A stretch of 47,984 nucleotides of DNA from positions 1 to 47,984 of the IMG/VR virus record IMGVR_UViG_3300048855_000206; one strand, given 5' to 3'. A model generated the notes under the pieces. That model searched no databases. It was not told the origin of the DNA and saw only the letters and a program-made list of their open reading frames with translations. Below are positions 1 to 7,948 of this stretch, in pieces. Both the position numbers and the translations under genes were made by a program. Source of the DNA: a virus (Duplodnaviria > Caudoviricetes). How positions within the stretch are numbered: the first letter of the stretch is position 1; every line of letters begins with the position of its first letter.

Positions 1-185
1 CGCCTCGGCAAAGCTCTCGAAGCCTCCCTCGCCCCAACTATTCATCCGGTCCCCCAACCACCGTCCACACCCTGCAAGAACGATCTTGAACGCGACGTTG
101 ACCTCGCTGCCGTGAAGGCGCTGGAGAACGGACATGAGGGACGAACTCCGAAGGCCGCCAGCCGGATCCGAAGCCGCGACGCTCC

Positions 186-521
186 ATGCCGCTGATGATC
201 CGTGACTCTACGATACCGCGTTGGCAAAGCTGCTATGGCTGCAGCCCATCGTTCAACCTCGGGTGCTCCATGCAAGACGACCTCGCAGCAGCCACGTGCT
301 GGCTCGGCTTCAGTTCTCGCGGCGTGCACTGTTACATTGGACTACCCGACGGATCAGGCCGCACGTTTCACCCAGATCTCTCTGACAGCGATTATGACGA
401 GCCGGCGGACGAAGAGGAGACCAGAGAGATCGAGGAAGTCCTCCTTGGGCTCGACCTGACGATCAATCGGCTCGTAGCCATGAAGGAACGCCTGAGCTCG
501 CTGCTGCCCGAGCGAGAGTGA
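186..521 (+). CDS. hypothetical protein (acidic C-terminal half)
   Basis: 111-aa ORF with no recognisable motif; start uncertain. Confidence 0.35.
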   Translation: MPLMIRDSTIPRWQSCYGCSPSFNLGCSMQDDLAAATCWLGFSSRGVHCYIGLPDGSGRTFHPDLSDSDYDEPADEEETREIEEVLLGLDLTINRLVAMKERLSSLLPERE

Positions 522-591
522 CCTCTTACAGTCTCTCAGCCACCAACCTTTAAGGGGCCTTCGAGCCCACCAAAAAAAGTTTGGCCGCCCT

Positions 592-620
592 CTTGAAGGG
601 CGGAAATCGCGATCCCATCA
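592..620 (+). promoter_or_regulatory. RpoH (sigma32)-type heat-shock promoter
   Basis: CTTGAA (592-597), 16-nt spacer, CCCATCA (614-620), directly upstream of an Hsp20 5' UTR. Confidence 0.75.
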
Positions 621-628
621 AATTTCTT

Positions 629-712
629 GTCGAGGCCGAGAGGCTCGACTTAGGCCACCGCAGCACGCGGTGAGCTCGTATCCATGTTGCTCAAAAGGAG
701 GATGTGGCTATG
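629..712 (+). promoter_or_regulatory. ROSE RNA thermometer in the Hsp20 5' UTR
   Basis: Hairpins at 629-649 and 656-672, then GCTCGTATCCATGTTGCTCAAAAGGAGGATGTGGCTATG, in which the U(U/C)GCU motif faces the SD; closely resembles the 3' hairpin of Bradyrhizobium ROSE1. Confidence 0.9.
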
Positions 713-1171
713 GCAGCCTTTGATTTTGCACCGCTCTATCGTTCCACGATCGGCTTTGACCGATTGTTCGATCTGATGGACAACAGCATCCGGCCGGACT
801 GGCCACCCTACGACATCGAGAAGGTCGACGAGAACCAGTACCGCATCAGCATGGCGGTAGCGGGGTTCAGCTCCGACGAGATCGAGCTCACCCAGGTCGG
901 ACCGGACCTGCTCGTGACGGGCGAGAAGAGCGCTAACCAGGGTACGCGGCAGATGCTCCACCAGGGCATCGCCCGCCGCAACTTCAGGCAGACGTTCAAG
1001 CTGGCCGACCACGTCAAGGTGGTGGCGGCGAACCTCACCGACGGCCTGCTCTCGATCGACCTGGTGCGGGAAGTTCCCGAGCAGCTCAGGCCGCGCCGGA
1101 TCGAGATCGGCTCGCAGGTGACAACCGAGCCGAAGCAGATCAACCAGGACACTACCCGCCAGGCAGCCTAA
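710..1171 (+). CDS. small heat-shock protein, Hsp20/IbpA family
   Basis: FDFAPLYRSTIGFDRLF, WPPYDIEK, YRISMAVAGF, LHQGIARRNFRQTFKLADHVKVVAANLTDGLLSIDL; SD AGGAGG before ATG 710. Confidence 0.97.
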   Translation: MAAFDFAPLYRSTIGFDRLFDLMDNSIRPDWPPYDIEKVDENQYRISMAVAGFSSDEIELTQVGPDLLVTGEKSANQGTRQMLHQGIARRNFRQTFKLADHVKVVAANLTDGLLSIDLVREVPEQLRPRRIEIGSQVTTEPKQINQDTTRQAA

Positions 1172-1197
1172 CCGGCTGTCGCTGAAACCTGCAGTCT

Positions 1198-1220
1198 GCC
1201 TCCCGGCCCAGCCGGGAGGC
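1198..1220 (+). repeat. 10-bp perfect inverted repeat (hairpin) after hsp20
   Basis: GCCTCCCGGC-CCA-GCCGGGAGGC, no U-tract. Confidence 0.6.
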
Positions 1221-1241
1221 TCAGGTTGCCGGAGAACGGAG

Positions 1242-1433
1242 ATGAACAGCGAACTCTCTTCTTCATTCCAGTCAGGTAGACCGGCTTCCACGGCGAAAAG
1301 ACGGCTAGGAAGAGTGCTCTGGTCAACCCTCCGACGCCTTCCCTTCGAGCGCGACGATGATGACGATCCGCCGCCGACGGCGCCCGCAGCGCTCGTGCCG
1401 GCGCGTCGGCTTGTTGAACGGGCCGCGGCTTGA
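1242..1433 (+). CDS. small hypothetical protein
   Basis: 63 aa, GGAG before ATG, DDDDDPPP tract, followed by a hairpin. Confidence 0.5.
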   Translation: MNSELSSSFQSGRPASTAKRRLGRVLWSTLRRLPFERDDDDDPPPTAPAALVPARRLVERAAA

Positions 1434-1439
1434 GACAGA

Positions 1440-1468
1440 AGAGGCCGGCGCGAAGCCGGCCCTCTGTT
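1440..1468 (+). terminator. terminator-like hairpin
   Basis: AGAGGCCGGC-GCGAA-GCCGGCCCTCT followed by GTT. Confidence 0.55.
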
Positions 1469-1864
1469 GCCCGCAGGCCTCGCCTAGCCGTGCCTTACCC
1501 GAACGTGGCTAGCCTCGCCTACCGGGCCACACTAACCCTTTGACGCCGAACCATGCCATGCCTGCCGCGCCGGCCTCTCATTGGGGGTCTGCTGCAGCCG
1601 GACATTCTCTCCGTCGTCGACATTCATATTGCCGAACAGCCAGACCCGAAGCCAAGCCGGCCGCAGACTATTCGTAACCTGCTCAGGGACTATCTGGTCG
1701 GCCTGTTTCTGATGTCTCCCGCGGAGAGCTCCGGCTCTAATCGGTGGTCTACCGCCGTCCCGGCTGGTGGGCCTGGGGCTCCTAACATTTGCGAGGGCAG
1801 AAGTACGAATTGCAGACTACCTGGTATGAGTAGAAGATCGAACTATTGCTTCCCGAGAACCTCG

Positions 1865-2194
1865 ATGACATCTGATTTGCCTACTGAAGAGTCGATCGAA
1901 ATACGGATCGTCATCACTCGCGATGAGCTTCCGATCCTGGCGGCAGAAGCAGGTGCTTTGTGGGAACTCGCCATAAACGCAGAGCGCGCTGCGAGCAAAC
2001 CCGATCCTCGTACACTTCAGAGGGCGCGAAATTTACTAGCGACCATCGCCCGATTGCAAGAAGAGGTTGCTGGATGGCAGGCTCAGGAATCGAGCGGCGG
2101 CTTAACGGAGAACCTTCGGGTTCTGAAGCTCTCCCTCGATACAACTAGCGCGGACGCAAGCAACTCCACTTCCGGATACAAGTTGGACGACTGA
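1865..2194 (+). CDS. hypothetical protein (helical)
   Basis: Likely coding 3' part of ORF 1553..2194, from MTSDLPTEE. Confidence 0.4.
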   Translation: MTSDLPTEESIEIRIVITRDELPILAAEAGALWELAINAERAASKPDPRTLQRARNLLATIARLQEEVAGWQAQESSGGLTENLRVLKLSLDTTSADASNSTSGYKLDD

Positions 2195-2430
2195 AGCGTC
2201 CCGAATTCGACTTCTACCTCTGAGCCCAACTGCTGGCGAGCAGTTTCATGGGGAGGTACGAATGCGCCCTCAAAGAATGGGCATCATTGTCATCGCCATC
2301 GGCATTCTATGTGTCTTCGGAGTTGCCTTGTGGCTCATGCAGGAAACCTCCAAGGGAGGTCATCAACTCCTCTAGAGCAGCCGGTTGTTCTGGATCCGGA
2401 GATCACCCCAGGCGAGGGGAACCAACGATA

Positions 2431-2680
2431 AGGGCGGGAGAGGTCACATGCGACCTTTACGCCTTCCTGACCACCGAGCCGAATGCCGAAGTCAAAGCCA
2501 TGCACCCAGAGGCAATGCGGGTGATCCTGACCACGGCCGAGGAGCGCGACGTCTGGATGCGGGCCCTGGTCGGAAGCCGCGGCGCTGCAGCGGCCGCTAC
2601 CGGACGGAACGCTGGTCATCCGGGCGGGGGCGGAGAAGCCGCCTGCGGACGCCGAGGCGTCAGGCGGCCTGTTGCTTTGA
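2431..2680 (+). pseudogene. SOS response-associated peptidase (SRAP) C-terminal remnant
   Basis: GEVTCDLYAFLTTEPNAEVKAMHPEAMRVILTTAEERDVWMRA, frameshift at ~2566, then WSEAAALQRPLPDGTLVI; N-terminal catalytic Cys region absent. Confidence 0.85.
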
Positions 2681-2950
2681 GACGAGGATCTCCAGCATCC
2701 ATGCAGGCCCATGGACCCATAGGCCAGACGGATGCGAGCTGATGCAGAAGGCCATGTCGCGGTGCGTCAGGTGCGGCTTGAGACGCTCCTCAAGCGCGGC
2801 GATATCGCTCGGCTCGGCGGGATAGAAGACGGCGTGCGAGGATAGTTCCCGGCCGTCGCCAAGGTCGAGGCCGCGCGACCGAAAGTCCGCCTTTTCGTAG
2901 TAGATGCCGCCGAGGTTGATGAAGCGCTGGGGCGCTACCGTCGGCCTCAC
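2660..2950 (-). CDS. hypothetical protein
   Basis: 96 aa; GTGA overlap with the upstream gene suggests translational coupling. Confidence 0.55.
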   Translation of the reverse strand: MRPTVAPQRFINLGGIYYEKADFRSRGLDLGDGRELSSHAVFYPAEPSDIAALEERLKPHLTHRDMAFCISSHPSGLWVHGPAWMLEILVSKQQAA

Positions 2951-3219
2951 TCGATTGCCCGCTTGCCAGGTTCAACCCATACTCCCAGGCCATCAGGCGG
3001 CGGCGGGGTCCAGGCGTCGCCTTCCTGCCGGCCGAAACCCACCATCAGGCCTCGCTCCCATCCGGCCTCGGTGAACCAGAGGTGCACCGTGATCGATGGT
3101 AGGTTGTGGACATCCCCGTCATCGAAGAGGGTTTTATAATTGGCAACGTCCGGAAGCCGCGCCCAGAGCTCCACGTCGTGCAGCGAGCAGGTGCAGACCA
3201 TGCGCGGCTTCGACGTCAT
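2947..3219 (-). CDS. hypothetical protein
   Basis: 90 aa, protein-like composition, coupled to the downstream ORF. Confidence 0.55.
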   Translation of the reverse strand: MTSKPRMVCTCSLHDVELWARLPDVANYKTLFDDGDVHNLPSITVHLWFTEAGWERGLMVGFGRQEGDAWTPPPPDGLGVWVEPGKRAIE

Positions 3220-3260
3220 CAGCTTGCCTTTTGCACTTCCCCGCCCGGCGCGGCTCCGAA

Positions 3261-3470
3261 CTAATCGTCCGAGCGCGCGGCCGCACCGATAGGAGCGCCG
3301 CCCTCGTCGTCATCCTCGTAGAGAGAGTCCAGCACCTCGATGATCTGATCCACATCCTCGGCATCGGCGGAGAGGCTAAAGGTCCCTCCGTCGTCCAACG
3401 TGAAGGTCAGTACGATTTCGTCTTCGGAGAGGACTTCAGCCTCAAGGCTGGAGTATTTTGCATTGGCCAT
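3261..3470 (-). CDS. small acidic hypothetical protein
   Basis: GGGAG SD before ATG 3470 (MANAKYSSLEAEV...). Confidence 0.6.
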   Translation of the reverse strand: MANAKYSSLEAEVLSEDEIVLTFTLDDGGTFSLSADAEDVDQIIEVLDSLYEDDDEGGAPIGAAARSDD

Positions 3471-3544
3471 GGCGACAGCTCCCTGTGAACGGAGGCGAAC
3501 GCGCCATCCCACACAAAGGTCCACGACCAAGCTGCGACATCTAA

Positions 3545-3618
3545 GATTCTGAGTTGAATCAGTTTTTGACGACTCCCCCTCGGCGAATCACGCACCAGAT
3601 TCCCGAGTCTTATGAGTC
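3545..3618. promoter_or_regulatory. cluster of seven GANTC (CcrM-type) sites in a divergent promoter region
   Basis: GANTC starting at 3545, 3556, 3571, 3585, 3598, 3605 and 3614. Confidence 0.7.
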
Positions 3619-4541
3619 TCTTAGCCGCCAAGCCCCGCCCCCTCGCCCTACCCTCCCTGGGGTGGATCGACACCATGCAGCCGACGCTTGTGGACAAACT
3701 GCCGGACCTGCCGGGCTGGTCCTATGAGATCAAGCACGACGGCTACCGCACCCAGCTGGTGGCCGATGTCGGCGGCGTTCGCGCCTTCACCCGGAACGGC
3801 CACGACTGGACGGCGAAATACCCGATGGTCGTGGAAGCGGCCGCTGGCCTGCCTTGTCGCTCGGCCGTCATCGACGGCGAGATCGTCGTGCAGAACGAGG
3901 ACGGGGTGTCCGACTTCACCGCGTTGCGGTCTGCCCTCACAAGCGCCCCCGGCTGGGTGCTCTTCTACGCCTTCGACATCCTCCACCTCGACGGCACCGA
4001 CCTTCGCAAGCGGTCGACCGTCGAGCGCCGCGACGTGCTTCGCAACCTCGTGGGCCCCAGCCTGACCGCCGACAGTCGCATTCTGATTTCCGATGACCTC
4101 CCCGGCACCGCGCCGCAGTTGATAGCTGCAGCCATGGACATCGGCCTGGAGGGCATCGTCGCCAAGCGGCAGGACGCGCCCTATCGCAGCGGCCGGACCT
4201 TCGAGTGGCTGAAGGTCAAGTGCATGGTGACTGAGCCCTACATCGTCCTCGGCACCGATCGGGAGAGTAAGGGACCTGTCGTGGCTCTCCTTGGAAAGGC
4301 GACCGCGTCCGGCCTGGAATACTGCGGCCAAGCCTCAGTCGTGCTACCGCCGGAGGAACGGGCTGGGCTCTACGCGGCGCTCGAAGAGCTGGCGACCGAC
4401 AAGCCTTTCCTGAAGGACAAGGCACTGCAGAAGAAGCGCGGCGCCGCCTGGGTTCGGCCGGGCTTGGTCGCCGAGGTCAAGCACCTGAAGTCCGGGCTGC
4501 GGCATGCGACCGTGACGGGATTTCAGCGGGTCGAGTTTTAG
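3612..4541 (+). CDS. ATP-dependent DNA ligase (LigD/LigC-type ligase domain only)
   Basis: Motif I EIKHDGYR, III VIDGEIV, IIIa FYAFDILHLDG, IV EGIVAK, V WLKVK; C-terminal OB-fold WVRPGLVAEVKH. Confidence 0.95.
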   Translation: MSLLAAKPRPLALPSLGWIDTMQPTLVDKLPDLPGWSYEIKHDGYRTQLVADVGGVRAFTRNGHDWTAKYPMVVEAAAGLPCRSAVIDGEIVVQNEDGVSDFTALRSALTSAPGWVLFYAFDILHLDGTDLRKRSTVERRDVLRNLVGPSLTADSRILISDDLPGTAPQLIAAAMDIGLEGIVAKRQDAPYRSGRTFEWLKVKCMVTEPYIVLGTDRESKGPVVALLGKATASGLEYCGQASVVLPPEERAGLYAALEELATDKPFLKDKALQKKRGAAWVRPGLVAEVKHLKSGLRHATVTGFQRVEF

Positions 4542-4544
4542 GAG

Positions 4545-4569
4545 GGAACCAGCCTCTGCCGTCGTCGTT
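4545..4569 (+). promoter_or_regulatory. EcfG/RpoE2 (general stress response sigma) promoter
   Basis: Exact GGAAC-N16-CGTT upstream of the DUF3606-like gene. Confidence 0.75.
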
Positions 4570-4661
4570 GATCCCGGCTCTGTCGCCAGAGCGTTGACCG
4601 CGGCGCCACATCCCCTGCCCCCCAACTCCGGCGCCGCGGTCCTCTCATCGTGAGGATCGCC

Positions 4662-4850
4662 ATGGCAGACGACAAGAGTAAGGTCGGCAAGCCCGACCGG
4701 AACCGGGTGTCCGGGTCCGAGAAGTACGAGGTCGCTGACTTCGCCCAGAAGTTCGGGATTACGTCCGAAGAGGCGCGGCAGCTCATCGACAAGCATGGCA
4801 ACCGCCGATCCGATTTGGAGCGCGCGGCAAAGGCCATGAGTAAGCGCTGA
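4662..4850 (+). CDS. DUF3606-like small protein
   Basis: MADDKSKVGKPDRNRVSGSEKYEVADFAQKFGIT...HGNRRSDLERAA; SD GAGG. Confidence 0.85.
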   Translation: MADDKSKVGKPDRNRVSGSEKYEVADFAQKFGITSEEARQLIDKHGNRRSDLERAAKAMSKR

Positions 4851-4875
4851 GCCTGTTCGATAAGGATGAATTCCT

Positions 4876-5124
4876 TTGCCGCTCTATCACTTCGAGGTTC
4901 GCACCCCCAGCCACGTGATGCTGACGGAGGGTGTCGAACTGACTGACCACACAGCTGCACGCCTCGAGGCTGCCAAACGCATCGGCGTTCTGCTGAGTGA
5001 CCACGCGGGCCTGCTCTGGGTGGATCAGGACTGGCAGATGGACGTCACCAATGATACCGGCCTCATCCTCTACGTCATCAACGTGACCGCGCTGAAGGCG
5101 CCCTCCACGCAGGGTAGCTCTTGA
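4876..5124 (+). CDS. DUF6894-like small protein
   Basis: MPLYHFEV...EGVELTDHTAARLEA...WQMDVTNDTGLILY pattern. Confidence 0.8.
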   Translation: MPLYHFEVRTPSHVMLTEGVELTDHTAARLEAAKRIGVLLSDHAGLLWVDQDWQMDVTNDTGLILYVINVTALKAPSTQGSS

Positions 5125-5219
5125 AGCGTCTGGCCGGCCAAGGTGCGCGCTCATCCACGAGCACAGCAGCAAACGGGCTGATGTGGAGCGCGGATTGAGA
5201 GAAAGGCTGCGGCCGATCC

Positions 5220-5507
5220 ATGATCACGGCTGAGGACTACACTCTTCTCGTTGAGGTCTCATCGACCGAGGGGATAGAAATCCTCCCCCTTGCTCAGGCT
5301 GTGAGGCAGATTGTGGAGGAGTGGCCTCGGAACGTGGAGCTTCTGGACTCGGTTCAGATCCGGCTCGGCGGAGTATTGATCGCGGGGTCCATGTCGACCA
5401 TTCGGGCGCTCTACAACCGGCCAGACTTTCCTCATCGAACAGGCGGACCGACAAAAACCCGCCATCTCCGGAGAGATGACGGGGTCTTTGGTTCAATGGA
5501 GCGATGA
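5220..5507 (+). CDS. hypothetical protein
   Basis: 95 aa ORF with protein-like N-terminal part; 3' end runs through a terminator hairpin. Confidence 0.5.
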   Translation: MITAEDYTLLVEVSSTEGIEILPLAQAVRQIVEEWPRNVELLDSVQIRLGGVLIAGSMSTIRALYNRPDFPHRTGGPTKTRHLRRDDGVFGSMER

Positions 5508-5522
5508 GTCTCTTTGGATCGT
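5453..5522 (-). ncRNA. candidate ~70-nt EcfG-dependent small RNA
   Basis: Lies between a minus-strand GGAAC-N16-CGTT (5553..5529) and an 11-bp stem plus U5 terminator (5483..5453); no room for a normal protein-coding gene. Confidence 0.6.
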
Positions 5523-5528
5523 CTGGTG

Positions 5529-5553
5529 AACGCCGGATGTCGATCCGGGTTCC
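5529..5553 (-). promoter_or_regulatory. EcfG/RpoE2 promoter
   Basis: Minus strand GGAAC-CCGGATCGACATCCGG-CGTT. Confidence 0.75.
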
Positions 5554-5654
5554 CGGCGATTCGATCTTTCGGGAGGTCCTGGCGTGGACGCTGGCCAGGC
5601 TGCACTTGAACAGGTGCGCATCATTGTCCGATCGATCGGGAAGGCTTCAGCCTC

Positions 5655-5903
5655 CTAAGCGCGGTCGGTACAGCGCAGCGTAAAGTCGAGCGTGGCGGAG
5701 AGGACTTCTGATCCGTCCTCAGATCGAACACGCATCGCAAGGCGATTGTCATTCCCGCCCTTCGGGAATACTTCGCGGGCGACCTCGGTCAGGGCTGTCA
5801 CTGCCAGCTTCCGGGCGTGCTCATGACCCGTACAGGGCGCCCCGATAGCATCGACTTCAAGGCCATCGCCAAGGTCGGTGTCGAAAAAGTAACGTGCCAT
5901 CAT
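5655..5903 (-). CDS. DUF6894-like small protein
   Basis: MARYFFDTDLGDGLEVDAIG...ARKLAVTALTEVARE...VRSEDG. Confidence 0.8.
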   Translation of the reverse strand: MMARYFFDTDLGDGLEVDAIGAPCTGHEHARKLAVTALTEVAREVFPKGGNDNRLAMRVRSEDGSEVLSATLDFTLRCTDRA

Positions 5904-5991
5904 GGCCCTCGCGATCGCGCACGCCAAAATACGCGACGGGCGCGCCGGAGCAACTGCAAATATTAAAGCAGGAAAACGAAGCTCTCCCCTC

Positions 5992-6753
5992 TTATGAGGA
6001 TGCGGACGCCAGCTGCAGCGCCTTGGAGCGTCCCAGATGGAGGTAGGTCGGATCGAATCTCGCCACCTTCTTGAGGCCGACCCAATCGTTGATGGCGACC
6101 TCCGATCGGTTCCAGCTTAAAAGACCGCTCGCCCGCAACGCCTGAAGAACACGGTTGACGTGCACCGATGTGATGCCCAGGGCCTCAGCCAACTCCGCCT
6201 GTGTGAGCGGGAACTCGAATCGTAGGTCCCGGGCAAGTCCGACGTTCTGCAGCCGTGCTACGGTTTCGCAGACAAGATGCGCCATGCGATCGTAGGCATC
6301 GCGAATGCCAACGTTGACGACCCATTCTCGGTAGATCGCGCCATAAATGAGGGTCTCCCGCCATAACGCCGCGGCGAGCCTAGGCTCGGCCTTGCAAAGC
6401 GCCCTGGCGGCCGCGTGCTGGAAAAAGCCTAATTGGCAACTCGTCACCGTCGCAATGGTGACGTCAAGGACATCCAGGTGCAGGCTCTGGAGGTCAGGCA
6501 TGTCGCCCTGGATATGGATGGCGGCGATCTGGCGTTCGCCGTCCTCCGTAGTCTTGGCGGTGCAAGCGAAACCGTCGAGGATCACGAACGACCGCGTGGG
6601 ACTGTCGCCCCTCCTGACGATCTCCTGATCGGCTCGGACGGTCGTGACCTGCATGGGCAGGGCCAGGACGGCCGCCCGTTCACTGTCAGTAAGATCGAGC
6701 ACGACCTCGAGCTTCTGCAGCAATGCGTTGGTCGCGTGGTCGTAAGAGGTCAT
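5992..6753 (-). CDS. Crp/Fnr family transcriptional regulator
   Basis: cNMP-binding-like region (IVRRGD, ILDGFAC, GERQI) and HTH PLTQAELAEALGITSVHVNRVLQALR; SD GGGAG before ATG 6753. Confidence 0.93.
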   Translation of the reverse strand: MTSYDHATNALLQKLEVVLDLTDSERAAVLALPMQVTTVRADQEIVRRGDSPTRSFVILDGFACTAKTTEDGERQIAAIHIQGDMPDLQSLHLDVLDVTIATVTSCQLGFFQHAAARALCKAEPRLAAALWRETLIYGAIYREWVVNVGIRDAYDRMAHLVCETVARLQNVGLARDLRFEFPLTQAELAEALGITSVHVNRVLQALRASGLLSWNRSEVAINDWVGLKKVARFDPTYLHLGRSKALQLASASS

Positions 6754-7039
6754 TGGACGGGCTCCCCTCTGCAGGCGGGAGCACCAGTTGTCTCTCAGTC
6801 GGCGCCTGCCTCTTTGGGTGACGACGATGAACTTAACTAACATGGAATGGGCCAGAAGCTAATCCCACATTATGCGTGTGGCCGCAAAATGATAGCGACG
6901 CGAGAAACATTGTAGGTTCTACGGACTCGGCATTTCGGCTAACTGGGGTATGATGAACCATCCGCGGGCCTATCCACCGGAGATGCCGCGGCCTGAGAGA
7001 CGCTTTGCGCTCCCCTTCGACTAAACGAGGGGGACGCTT

Positions 7040-7204
7040 ATGCCTCATCGCACTCCACCGACGCTGTTTAAGCTGCTGGACGAGGTCCGGCAGGAGCCAA
7101 ACCCAGCCCCTCTGTCTCGTGAGCTCCTGGAACGATTGGAGCAGTTGGGAGCTTCGCCTCAGCTTGCTGAGGACAAGACGCTTCCGGAACGGAAGACCGG
7201 GTAG
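7040..7204 (+). CDS. 54-aa protein with weak NepR (anti-EcfG)-like motif
   Basis: GAGGGG SD; MPHRTPPTLFKLLDEVRQEPNPAPLSRELLERLEQLG...; below the ORF-track length cut-off. Confidence 0.45.
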   Translation: MPHRTPPTLFKLLDEVRQEPNPAPLSRELLERLEQLGASPQLAEDKTLPERKTG

Positions 7205-7330
7205 CACATACTCTGGCGGGCGCGTTGGGACGGGCCGCCGCATGTCGATCCTTCCGATTTTGGTCTACCTGGTCATTGGCCTCGCCGCGGCGTGGTACCT
7301 ATCCAATCTGTTGCTGCAGTAGATCCTTCA

Positions 7331-7693
7331 CTACGGGTAAAACTCCGTCGTCGTGGTCCAGAAGGCATGGCAGCGGTGGGAGGGCAGCGAGCGGGCGCTC
7401 ACGGCGTCCGCCTTCACGCGCCAGACCGCTGCGCTCCACGCCGCAATCTGTGGCTTGTTCGCCTCGCAGGCGTAGAACCCCCTTCCGATAGGCGCCGAGC
7501 TGCTCGGCGAGATCGGCCGTGTTCACGATCGGCCGATGGGGATCGGCGATCGTTCCAGCAGCTCAGCGGGGACCGCCTCCTGCCGGTTGCCCGACGCCTG
7601 GAGCACCAGGGCGGGCGACGGGCGGCTGGCGGTTAAGCACCCCTGCAAGAGCGGCAGGCAGAGCAGTGTCGAGATTAGCCCGAAAGTCTTCAT
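7331..7693 (-). pseudogene. frameshifted o-spanin (Rz1-like lipoprotein) relic
   Basis: MKTFGLISTLLCLPLLQGC lipobox, VPAELLE, then shifted frames PIVNTADLAEQLGAYRKG and FYACEANKPQIAAW. Confidence 0.7.
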
Positions 7694-7900
7694 TGTCCCT
7701 CGCTATCGCGGCAAACTCGCGCGGGTTGTTTCACCTTGCCGATAGGGCGCGTGGATCTGGTCCTGCACGGCGCGCTAGTGTTCCTCGCTGATGGCGTCGA
7801 GGCGCTCCTGCCGCGCTAGCGCTGCCAACAGCGTGGCGTTGGCCGTAAGCGCCCCCTCCTTCCCGGCCTCGGCATCGGCGCGCCGCGTCTCCAACTGCGT
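7563..7900 (-). pseudogene. degraded i-spanin (Rz-like) relic overlapping the o-spanin
   Basis: ANATLLAALARQERLDAISEEH* then shifted EFAAIARDNEDFRANLDTALPAALAGVLNR; internal stop and frameshift; 5' end lost. Confidence 0.65.
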
Positions 7901-7948
7901 GCAAGCTCGAAGGCTCTGGAACTTTCGGCCCGCCTCTGGGTCTTGGTG

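Noticed and set aside
3487-3500. GAAC-N6-GAAC (also at 78, 1235 and 8073) as LexA boxes
   Set aside because: The alphaproteobacterial SOS box is GAAC-N7-GAAC; these have 6-nt spacers, and some lie in ORFs or overlap an SD
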